Positions 12,256 to 24,245 of a DNA stretch of 64,000 bases are shown piece after piece (position 1 is the first letter of the stretch; the number at the start of each line of letters is the position of its first letter). Below the pieces are notes generated by a model. It saw only the letters and a program-made list of their open reading frames with translations, was not told where the DNA came from and did not search any database. The position numbers and the translations under genes are program-made. This stretch comes from Eledone cirrhosa (taxonomy: Eukaryota): assembly GCA_964016885.1 (NCBI GenBank), contig OZ024745.1:110112001-110176000 (forward strand), in the 5' to 3' direction.

Positions 12256-12637
12256 TTAAAAATATATATATATATACACACATATTTTGAAATACATAAA
12301 CAAAACCTTATCTATCTTCACACACATATATATACACATACATATATATATATATATATATACTTGTGTGTATATATAAATGTATACAGACATATATATA
12401 TATGCATACATATATACATATACATTTATACATACATAAATATATATATACTTGCGTGCATATATAAATATATACAGACATATATATATATATATGCATA
12501 CACATATACATATACATTTATACATACATAAATATATATATACACAAATATATATATACATAGATATATATACATATACATCTATGCATATATGTTAGTG
12601 TGGGAAAATGGACATTAAATGGTGATATATATAAATA

Positions 12638-12684
<47 letters not shown>

Positions 12685-12720
12685 TATATATATTACACAC
12701 ACACATATACATACACATAC
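12256..12720. repeat. Compound (TA/CA)n low-complexity tract
   Basis: Alternating TA/CA runs; these account for the ORFs 12256-12561 and 12308-12517. Confidence 0.9.
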
Positions 12721-14164
12721 ACGCCATCATCATTTCACATACACGCCATCATCATTTCACATACACGCCATCATCATTTAACGTCCGTTTTCCCTGCTGA
12801 AAACCTACAAAGCTAAACATCAATTCCATCAAATAATAATTAATATAAACAAAATTATGAGGGGAATGAAGATGTTGAGGAGGACTAGATATAAAGAAAT
12901 AAAACAATAGCTATGATGATATTGATAATAAGAAAATGCTAATAATGATACTTAATAAAGCAAAATGAAATCATAAAGAATGCGACCATTACAATACCAA
13001 TAACAGTCTGATAAGGAAAAAAAAATAAAAGATAACTGGAGAAGAAATAGTATGAAATCCAATTAAGTCTGACTGTGTGATATTGTCAGCTAGAATATTT
13101 ATAGTTTGCTCCATAAGATCTTGAATTAAGTATGGCAATCAGAGAAATGTATCTATGGGATCAATAAAATGTCATCAGTAAAAATGATTTTAACCAAAAT
13201 CTTGAGAATTGTCAAATTAGAAGGAGCAAAGAGAATGAATCGGCAAAATAACTTTGTTTTTGTTTTTTTTTTTCTTAATTTTTAAACTGAATTTTTCTAT
13301 TTTATTTTATTGATTTACTTTCTTTTTATTGTTTTTCTTTCATTGAAGTCACATGACTACATTATTATTGCCTTTTATCAGATAGAGCAAGAGAAAGAAA
13401 GTAAGTAGTGAGAGAAAAAAATAAATGAAAAAAAAACCATAAAACAAAACAAATGAAGCAAAATAAAAATAAATGGTGAAAAATAAAATTGGTAGGTTAG
13501 TTGCCATTTGTTACAGCAAATAGGATGAAAAAATAACCATCTTAATGACATAATAAAAGCTGAACTCTCACAAATATGGACATATTTATATTGAGTACAA
13601 ATTATTACTTTCTTTTTTTTCCTTGGTAGAAGGAAATACACCATGACTTCTTTAAATTTTTATATGCGGTTTTTATGTCTTTTATATGTATTTTTTGTCA
13701 TTGTTCATAGTTTCAGTCTTGTTATTTGCTTTTAAAAAATTCCTGTATCTTTTTGGTTTCTTCAACATTTTCAATTCTTTTCTGTAATAACCAGAATAAA
13801 GATTTTTCTCTATTTTAACAGCCACACCAATAATTATTTATTTTAACCAAACACAAAGACAATTTCTGTAGTACAAGCTAACAGGTTTTAATATATTGTT
13901 TGCACTTTATTGATTTGGGAAGAGGCCAATAAAATACCAGTAATACATTGGTATCAATTTTTGGTTTGAATTAGAATATACAGGCAAAGTTGATCTCAGT
14001 ATGATTTGAACACAAAGCACCTAAAGCTGGAACAAATACCAAGACATTTATTCTGATGTTCTAATAACTCTGCCAATTATCCAAATATATATTATAGAAT
14101 GATTTGGTAATCAAAATGAAGGAGTTAAGAATGTATGGGGTGAAATATTGTTAAAAAATAATCA

Positions 14165-14752
14165 GCTGAGGTGGAATGTTTTGATCCACCATGTACTACT
14201 TAGTTGGTATTACACATGAAAAAACAAGAAGAAAATTGATTCAAGATTTGGAAAGAGTGGCAGTAAAAGCATCCTTGTGGATATGACAAAAGCATTTTAG
14301 TGAAGGAACAGCACTGAGAGTAGAGAGCAAACCCTCGGCAAGGAGTAAACATAATAATTGTTTCTACTTTTGGCACAAGGTCAGCAATTACCCAGTACAT
14401 TACTGGTACATTATTTTATCGACCCCGTAAGGATGAAAGGCAAAGTTGACCTCGGCGGGATTTGAACTCAGACCATAAAGGGGCGTAACTCTTTGCTGCA
14501 AAGCATGGTGTCTGACCCTCTACCGATACTGCCAATTCACCAAACATAATAATGCCTAAATAATGGACGTTGTTACAATAGCATCACGATTCTGGTAATA
14601 GGGAAATGGAGGACAAGGTAATTGTACTATAGAGAGTCCCATAAAACCTGGATATTCTGTGGTAGCATCAATGCTGCTTGACACTGCTGGAGGAAATGAG
14701 ACTTTCAGAAGGGGCCAAAATAATTGGGATCTCCAGTTGACAGCTGATGAAA
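14165..14752 (+). pseudogene. Probable 3' end of an RLE-type non-LTR retrotransposon (Hero/NeSL-like), interrupted by a SINE
   Basis: EVECF...LVGITHEKTRRKLIQDLERVAVKASLWI*QKH resembles the EVGCRGF...GIT...AEKASxWIW.KR C-terminus that I recall for Hero-like elements. Confidence 0.5.
14359..14541 (-). mobile_element. SINE family A with 12-bp TSD
   Basis: TSD aaacataataat at 14347-14358 and 14542-14553. Confidence 0.95.
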
Positions 14753-15311
14753 TGAATAACCTTTCTCTCTATGTGTGTATAAATATATATATATATATAT
14801 ATACTTATTCATATATCATAAGAAATATTTCATATAGTATGTATTACATGTATTACAACAACAGTAAATATATTCAGACAATATACTAACAAATATTTCA
14901 ACTAATGCAATATTACAAAACGTTAGAGGGAAGATATTTAGCATGAATAGCAGAGAACTAAATTGGATGTTTTACATTATAATCTTGTCTGCTATGGTAT
15001 CAAAAACTTTTGATTATCAGATATGCATAGTTATATATAAATGTACTACTCGCGCACAGGCACACACACACATATATATATATATAGACAAATATACATG
15101 CAAACATACATATGAACACACATATGCATACATACATATTCATATATCGTAATGAACATCTGAATGATACAACATGTGTTTTGCAGGCCTATGAAACTCT
15201 GAGTAATAGAAATATGAATAAAGTGCTGTTTATCCACAAATATAAACTTGACACATTGTACTTACTGCTGTTTACTTTTATATAAATGTGTGTATGTGTA
15301 TCTTTCTATAT

Positions 15312-15424
15312 CTGTGTGTGTACATATTGCTCACAGAGTATCTGTTTGTATCTGTATATATATATGTGTGTGTGTACATATTGCTCACAGAGTATCTGTT
15401 TGTATCTGTATATATATATGTGTG
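15312..15424. repeat. Tandem duplication, ~54 bp x2
   Basis: tgtgtgtgtacatattgctcacagagtatctgtttgtatctgtatatatata occurs twice in tandem. Confidence 0.9.
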
Positions 15425-15849
15425 TTTGTGTTTGCCTGTAACATGTTGTTGTAAATACCCATTAAGCACCTATGGGATTTTAAAGATTATTGCTTAGCTT
15501 TGGTTTCATGACACTAAGTAAATGGGAAATAAATTTACCCCTGGATATGATGCCAGTCTATTAGAGATAGCATTACCAGATGATTTGATACCTATTCCCT
15601 ACAGTTGGCAAACTGATGCAATTTAACACTACATGATCAACTACTGTTTACCCCCTCACATTACACCGCCCATAACATGTGTTCAGATCTGAACTCACAA
15701 ACTAAGAGCAGTCCACTACTGAATCTTACCAAACATCTCAACTCTACATATACATATGAGTGTGTGTGTGTGTGTGTGTATGTATGATTGTGTGTGAGTG
15801 CATGTCTATGTGTGTGTGAGTGAACATATAACAAGACTCATTAGGTCAG

Positions 15850-16042
15850 TGCTTATCCCGGTTTCCATGGTGTTAAGAAATTGAGAGTATGAGACTCCCT
15901 CCTGGATAAGACACCAGTCAATCATAGGGTTAAATCCCCGGCTACAACTGAGTAAATTTGAGCAACATTAGGTCCGGAAATTGAACTCACAACATTACGA
16001 CCATAAGTCCAACACCATAACCACTAGGCCATTCACCTTCAC
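15850..16042 (-). mobile_element. Diverged tRNA-derived SINE (family C-related)
   Basis: Reverse complement has ggcctagtggttatggtgttggactta...gtgagttcaatttcc, an A/B-box-like head. Confidence 0.6.
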
Positions 16043-18071
16043 AATATATATTAATTAGTATAAATAATTCTTTAAAAGTAAAATCATATTTATCGGTTTT
16101 CTTGAGGAAGGAATTGTGCTCATAGTCTTTGCAGACTCTCCAAGACTGTTGAGGTTGCAGTTATTAACATTCTACTTAAAATTGTTGCAAGTTGATAGCT
16201 GCAAGAAAAATGTGCTAGAAAGGCAAGACTAGCACAAGGAGAGACTAGCACAGGATTTGGCGGGATGATAAAATATGTGGAATGAGGAGGGAGATGAGTG
16301 GTCAGCCAGCTCCAAGGACCAAATGACCACATTGTTCCCTTCCCCGACATATCTGACCGACAACTATTTCCATCTTTTCTGTCATTTACATCATGACAAT
16401 TCCATAAAGATGCTTCAGGCCATAATAGCAGGCACTTCTCATCCTAACAAGAATTTACAGGATAAGAAGGTTTCAGAAACTTGTTGACATGAAGTACAGC
16501 CTAAATCTCTTGCCTTTCTGAAGTTCTACAACTGAAGTTGCTGATATATCTGATGGCTATCTGCAGATCAACTTGCAAATATTTCAACATATAAAATCTG
16601 GTTTAAAAACAACAAACCCAACAACAACAAAAAACTCAGTTTTGAGACACCTTAGTTTCATAAAAGCATTTAAAAATTAATGCTGCATGAGATAAGAAGT
16701 TATACTTTTCAGTGTTGAAATATGAATTGTTGGCTAATGTGAGTTTATTGCAGCTTTTCGTCTTTGAAAGCATTGCAATGTTGTATTTCTACTTTAGAGA
16801 TTACTGATAATAATACTGATAAGTCTGTTGAGCTGTTGATAGTGACTTTGCTTTAAAAACCAAGTTACACGATAGCCCAGGTCTTGCTTAGTGTTTACTT
16901 AGCATTACACTTATCTCTCAGAACACCAATGACTGTAACTGATACATACTATAAAATATATACATCAGCAATTGGATGAATTTGAACACAACCCTCAGAG
17001 ACAAATATCTTTTGGGTGACTTTTTGGGTGAAAATATAAAGAATCAGTGTTTTAGTATCCCATCATACTGTTTTGATAAGATTCTTAGGCTAACTTCTAT
17101 GAAAATTGAAGAATTAACTTTTTACATTTCCCATATTCTCCCCAAGCCTATAAGAGAGCCTCTACATGTTTGTTAGAACTAGCAGCCAAATCGTCTTTAA
17201 ATCATCTCACCATATTAAACAAAGAAGGGAACATTAGACAATGTAGTTCTATGTATCACTAAAAACAAAGAATGATCGTGGCTGAAATAACTTTAATCAA
17301 AGTTTTGATCAACCAATGTTTACCTAATTCTAAACAACAACAACAACAACAATAAAAGCAACAAGAATTCATGTTCTTCTGTTATTACTCTTTTAAAAAT
17401 CGTTATTTTAAAATTTTATTATATTTCTTTTTAAAATTTCAGTCGGAGGAAGGGAACTAGCATCCAATACTTTATCGCAGGTTCTCAGATATTTGAAGAA
17501 GAAAAAGGCATGGTAAATAAACTACAATTTATGGGACACATTGTCCAAATACTTCCAATAGAGTGTACAAGAGCCAGGTGTTGATTTAAAACCTTGCAAT
17601 GGATATATTTGTCTTTGAAAAGAAACCTAGTTTGAAGTGATCTAAAATACAAACTTTGTCCCACCAACTCTAAATTAAAAAAAACTTTTGTATCCTCTGT
17701 TGAACATCCATATGAACAATGCACTATATAACCTATAGAGTCTTTGAACAGAATTGTCATTGGTTCCAAGAGAAAATAATTACATTGTAAATATCAGTTG
17801 CAAGTATATTTGATGGATTTCAATCGTGAGACTCATGTCACTCTCACAAATATACATATATACATAAAACACACAAATACATACATATAGACGAATGTAC
17901 ACACTTAAATATATGCACATATACACAACTATGCATGCACCAAGAATTTAACATATTCACCTTCGTAGTTATTTTCTTAAAATGGTCTTTGAAATTTAAT
18001 TAAATGTATAAAACAAGTCAAGAGTGATAATTGTTGCATATTATTTTCAAAATAATAATTAACACATAAGC

Positions 18072-18106
<35 letters not shown>

Positions 18107-18107
<1 letters not shown>

Positions 18108-18190
18108 CCATATCTATATTAAATTTGTTATATATAAATATATATATATATATAAAACGTATAATCTATTAACACATAAGCATGTATATA

Positions 18191-18268
<78 letters not shown>

Positions 18269-18504
18269 TTATTTATTAAAATAACAGATTAAAGTTTAAG
18301 CAAAGAATCGCTGCTTTCACCCTTAATGGGATCTTCTGAAAACTCAGTTTTCAGAAGATCCCGTTAAGGGTGAAAGCAGCGATTCTTTGCTTAAACTTTA
18401 ATCTGTTATTTTAATAAATATTTGCTCTATGGTTCTTATATATTTGATATATATTTATCCTTATCGAGCCCTCTTTGGATTTTAGTCTTCAAATTTATTA
18501 TTAT

Positions 18505-18541
<37 letters not shown>

Positions 18542-18575
18542 TATATACATGCTTATGTGTTAATATATTATACGT

Positions 18576-18607
<32 letters not shown>

Positions 18608-18629
18608 ACAAATTTAATATAGATATGGC
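18107..18629. repeat. Outer inverted repeat enclosing an inner palindrome
   Basis: gccatatctatattaaatttgttatatataaat...taacacataagcatgtata (from 18107) is mirrored at ~18530-18629. Confidence 0.9.
18270..18420. repeat. Palindrome (75-bp arms, 1-nt centre) carrying a hammerhead-like motif, family H2
   Basis: 18270-18344 is the reverse complement of 18346-18420 with 1 mismatch. The arm reads CAGAAGA-TCCCgttaaGGGT-GAAA-GCAG...TTGC-TT. Confidence 0.9.
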
Positions 18630-18800
18630 TTCTACAGGACTCGACTGTTTGATTTGAAGGAAATCATCATGAATTCCTGATGATTTCCTTCGAATCAAAC
18701 AGTTTTAGTCCTGTAGCAGCCATTTCTGTATCAAATTTGTTGAATATACTCTACTAATGTATTGAGTTCCTTACTTACTGTGGTTATCCCTGGATTGAAC
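18618..18800 (+). mobile_element. Fold-back element family H1 with degenerate type-I hammerhead motif (Penelope-like terminus)
   Basis: Palindrome centred on GAATTC (18671-76); the right arm is ttc-CTGATGA-tttccttcgaat-CAAA-cag..ctg-TA; homologues at 28138 and 42262. Confidence 0.7.
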
Positions 18801-19075
18801 CTAGTAGCAATCTTTATATATAAACGGGGCTAATGTATTACGATTTCTACACATGCAAATTTATTGCAGCCAAAGGTTTCATGATCTAACAAACTTGCCT
18901 AAGAGCAAGCTCGGTATGTTAGTTACATTGTCTATCACTAACATACATAGCTTGAGTAGTACCTGTGTCAGGTTGACTCTCAACTGAGAACTGCGTTAAG
19001 TGTGCACATATTTGGGGAATGTTCAGCCAGTTGCAAGTTAATTTTGTGAGCAGGGTGTTCACTTGTTCAAACTCA

Positions 19076-19461
19076 TTGGCAGTATCGGTAGAGGGTCGGA
19101 TGCCATGCTTTCCAGCATAGTTACGTCCCTTTACGATCTGAGTTCAAATCCCGCCGAGGTTGACTTTGCCTTTCATCCTTACGGGGTCGATAAAATAAAG
19201 TACCAGTAATACACTGAAGTCGAATTAACTGACTTCCCCTCCCCCAATATTACTGGCCTTGTGCCTATATAAGAAACCATTTGGCAGTATCGGTAGAGGG
19301 TCGGATGCCATGATTTCCAGCATAGTTACGTCCCTTTACGATCTGAGTTCAAATCCCGCCGAGGTTGACTTTGCCTTTCATCCTTACGGGGTCGATAAAA
19401 TAAAGTACCAGTAATGCACTGGGTACTTGATGGCCTTGTGCTGAAAGTAGAAACAATTATT
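19076..19461 (+). mobile_element. SINE family A dimer (long form then short form)
   Basis: Two units, 19076-19281 and 19281-19461; the first carries an extra gtcgaattaactgacttcccctcccccaatatt segment. Confidence 0.95.
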
Positions 19462-19519
19462 GTAGTTGAGAGAGGTCCAACACATACACACAAACATATG
19501 TATACGTATATCTAAATAT

Positions 19520-20572
19520 CTGTATATGTTTATATATGTATGTGTGTATATGCATATATGTGCATGTATATATATGTATATGCATATATGTACATGTGTG
19601 TATATATGTATGTGTATATATGCATATATGTGCATGTGTATATATATGTATATGCATATATGTATGTGTATATATGCATATATGTACATGTGTATATATA
19701 TGTATATGCATATATGTACATGTGTATATATATGGATATGCATATATGTACATGTGTGTATATATGTATGTGTATATATGCATATATGTACATGTGTATA
19801 TATATGTATATGCATATATGTATATGCGTATATATGTATGTGTATATATGCATATATGTACATGTGTATATATATATGTATATGCATATATGTATATGCG
19901 TATATATGTACGTGTATATATGCATATATGTACATGTGTATATATGTATATGCATATATGTACATGCGTATATATATGTATGTGTATATATGCATATATG
20001 TATATGTGTATATATATGTATGTGTATATATGCATATATGTACATGTGTATATATATATGTATATGCATATATGTATATGCGTATATATGTACGTGTATA
20101 TATGCATATATGTACATGTGTATATATGTATATGCATATATGTACATGCGTATATATATGTATGTGTATATATGCATATATGTACATGTGTATATATATG
20201 TATGTGTATATATGCATATATGTACATGTGTATATATATGTATATGCATATATGCATATGCGTATATATGTATGTGTATATATGCATATATGTACATGTG
20301 TATATATATATATGCATATATGTATATGTGTATATATATATATGTGTATATATGCATATATGTACATGTGTATATATATATGTATATGCATATATGTATA
20401 TGCGTATATATGTATGTGTATATATGCATATATGTACATGTGTATATATATGGATATGCATATATGTATATATGTATATGCGTATATATGTACATGTATA
20501 TATGCATATATGTACATGTGTATATATGTATATATGTATGTGTATATATGCATATATGTATATGTGTATATA
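19520..20572. repeat. ~1.05-kb complex purine/pyrimidine-alternating minisatellite
   Basis: Built from TATATGCATATATG, TACATGTG and TATG modules. Confidence 0.97.
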
Positions 20573-21839
20573 AATGTATGGATTCATGATGTATGTGTTA
20601 AATATACCCAAAGATATTGGTATGGTACAAAGTAACACTAGCACGTATGTCTGTCTGTGTGTGTATAGAAGCATAAACATATGTATATATCTAGTCAACT
20701 TACAAAACAATATATTGTAAATTTATTGCTGTTACCCAAGAGGAAAATAATCTCACAAGTCTTGAATTTTAAACATGCATAATTTATATATCTGCTTTAC
20801 CAGATTTATCTAGATACACATATATGGAAATTCATAGACTCATACAAACATGCATACATACACATTAACAATTACATGTATATAAATCTATTTATACATA
20901 AATTCATGTGAGATTGTGCATGTCTGTGTTGGTGTCTGTGTGTGTTGGGGGGGGGGTATCTGTGCGAGTATGTGTGTGGGGTGGGTTGGTATCTCTGCGA
21001 GTATGTGTGTGTGTGTTGTATCTGTGTGAGTATGTGTGCGTGCGGGGTGGGGGTGGGGGGTATTTGTGCGAGTGTGTGTGTGCGTGTGTGTGTGTGTATG
21101 TGTTTTCATACATGTGTGTGTCTTTGATTGTCCCTATGCATATTGATGTATGTGTTTGTATATGTCTCGCTATAATAAGTTCATGTGAAAGATAGACAGT
21201 GGATCAATAGACTGCAGCACATCAAATAGCCTTCTTCAAATTCAAATATGCTAGTGTAACTGGTTTGTTGATAAGCAAACAGCCATGAGTAAAAGGGTTA
21301 AGTGTTCCATGTTTTCAAATGACTTTTAGTTTCTTTGAGTAACAAAAGATAATAATTATGCTACACTGATTATTGGAAATCACCATGGAACAGTTTTGAT
21401 ACTGCTGAGAACAAATGAATAATTAAACATTTTCATTATTTTCCATATACACTAATGAGCAAATATTAATTATTCCTTCCATGTCTGCTGAACACTGCTT
21501 TTGTATATTTCTAACTTTTCTGTTTGAGCTCTTCACCCCTTTTTTCACCCATCACCATGCTACTTTCTTTCCTTCACCCTTAAACAAGTAATTTCTCTTT
21601 CTTTTTTATTATTCGTTTTATGTATTTCACCAGACAGCTAGTGTCTTTAAAAAGTCTGCCTTATTACAAACTGGAATATTTATTGTGTATTAGTACCATG
21701 ATATTTTGTGATATTGCACTGGCGAATACAGTTAACTAGGGAACAAAACTATACACATTAATACATAACCCATTGTTTAACAGATGGAATAAGTAATATT
21801 TGATTTCTTCACCAAACTTTTACAAAGCTATATTCATGG

Positions 21840-21909
<70 letters not shown>

Positions 21910-22291
21910 TATAGTTAATATAAACCATTTCGAGATATCTAATAAATGAAGAGAATTTCAGAAAGCTGCTACAGTGTGTTAGAAATATGTATATATTCAT
22001 GGAAGCCAAGCCACTTTTCTTCATGTAGCTCCTTTCTATTGTTTATCTGTGGCCGTTGTGTGTTAATAATTAAAGCTTTTTTAATCCTTAGATTCCCCAC
22101 ATTCCTTTCCATTAATTCTATAGTGTCTTAAATGTTTCAGATGCAGCATTTGTCAAAGTGATTTTTGACAGAGGAAGGTCTCATTGTCATGTGCTTCTTG
22201 ATCCGTATGTTTTCGATTTGCAACATCATAATGAAATATGCTGGATAAAAACATTATTTTGTTTTGTTATCCTTTGCCCCAATACCACATT

Positions 22292-22322
<31 letters not shown>

Positions 22323-22488
22323 CTAAATATACTCCGTTTTTTCTATGGGGAAAATATGTCGAGTGCTTGAATTGATTTGCATCAATGTTTACCGTAAATA
22401 TATATATATTTCTACCACATTGTAAAGACTTTCTGAAGGTCTCATCTATACAGACACGTTTTATATATATATATATATATATATATAC

Positions 22489-22634
<146 letters not shown>

Positions 22635-23574
22635 AAATAACATTTTCAATATTTTGCTGCTTCCACATTACAATAGAAGTGTATTTTGGCAGTATAACAT
22701 AACAATGTAAAGTTTTAATTTACTATGCATGGCAATATGCTTAAATACAGAAGCTTAGTCTCTTTAGCATAGTTATTTATGCTCATAAAATTAGGTGTGT
22801 ATAAATCCATTTGGAATTCAGATAAACATACAATTTTATACAAACAAGCTTTTTAAGGATAATTTCCCTGCTAAAACAGAGATTAACCTTGCAGGCTTTA
22901 TAACAGAGTTCATAATGATTCTGAAGTCCTTTTTAGAACATTGGATTCCCTACACTGTACTTACCCTTTTAATTACATCTTATGATGTTCAAGGATATGG
23001 TACACCTTTTATAAACTAGATACATACAGGTTGTGTTCAAAAACTGTTTTCATCATATATATATGATGTTGATCATCAGCATCACCGTCGTTTTAAGTTC
23101 TGCTTTCCCTGCTAGCAAGGGCTACATAGACCAAACCAATACTGGGGCTTGGATATTGATCTTCCAGACAAGGAATCTGATCTCACTTATGTGTGTCTAT
23201 ATGTATATATCTACGTGTGTAACTGAAATGTTTAACCTTCACAAACTGGACTTCAATTTATTAATTACAGTTTATTCCAGATCTTTAAAAGAAGTTGTTG
23301 TAGTCAAACTCCCACTAACACCAGTCATGACTGAGCATACATACGATCATAGACACTTCAGCCATGACCATTTGGTCTTTCTTCTTTAGACACTGTATAC
23401 AGAGCTAAATCATCCAGTGTGTCATTTTCGAAATTTGAATGCTAAATCTAGCCATTCAATAAATAGAGATCAATAAAATAAGTATCAGAGTCGATATTAT
23501 CACCTAAAGCTATAGAAGGTAGTGCTCCAGTACAGCTGCAGTTCAATGACTGACACAAGTAAATGAATAAAAGA

Positions 23575-23606
<32 letters not shown>

Positions 23607-23667
23607 GTGTATATATATATATATGTGTATATATATATATATATGTGTGTATATATATGTGTGTGTG

Positions 23668-23720
<53 letters not shown>

Positions 23721-23742
23721 GTATATATATATATGTATATAC

Positions 23743-23788
<46 letters not shown>

Positions 23789-23799
23789 GTGTATATATA

Positions 23800-23862
<63 letters not shown>

Positions 23863-23873
23863 GTATATATATA

Positions 23874-23924
<51 letters not shown>

Positions 23925-23995
23925 ATATATATATATATGTGTATATATTTATATATATATGTGTATATATATATTTATATATATATGTGTATATA

Positions 23996-24051
<56 letters not shown>

Positions 24052-24245
24052 CATATATATATATGTGTATTTATATATATATGTATATGTATATATGGGT
24101 GTATATATATATGTATGTATAGGTATATATATGTGTGTATATATGTATGTATAGGTATATATATGTATATATATATATATTTATATACCTATACATACAT
24201 ACATACATACATACATACATACATACATACACATCTATATACACA
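23575..24245. repeat. (TA)n/(TG) compound microsatellite ending in (TACA)n
   Basis: Read directly; it explains the ORFs at 23448-24294. Confidence 0.97.

Noticed and set aside
17443-17511. Possible + strand exon after tttcag (RRKGTSIQYFIAGSQIFEEEKGM)
   Set aside because: The donor is weak, there is no recognisable homology, and such a match is expected by chance in AT-rich DNA.
19384-20710. Six overlapping 325-417 aa ORFs rich in Y/I/H/M/C
   Set aside because: They are artefacts of RY-alternating repeats, which cannot encode stop codons. The same applies to the ORFs at 12256-12816, 23448-24294 and 59164-59694.
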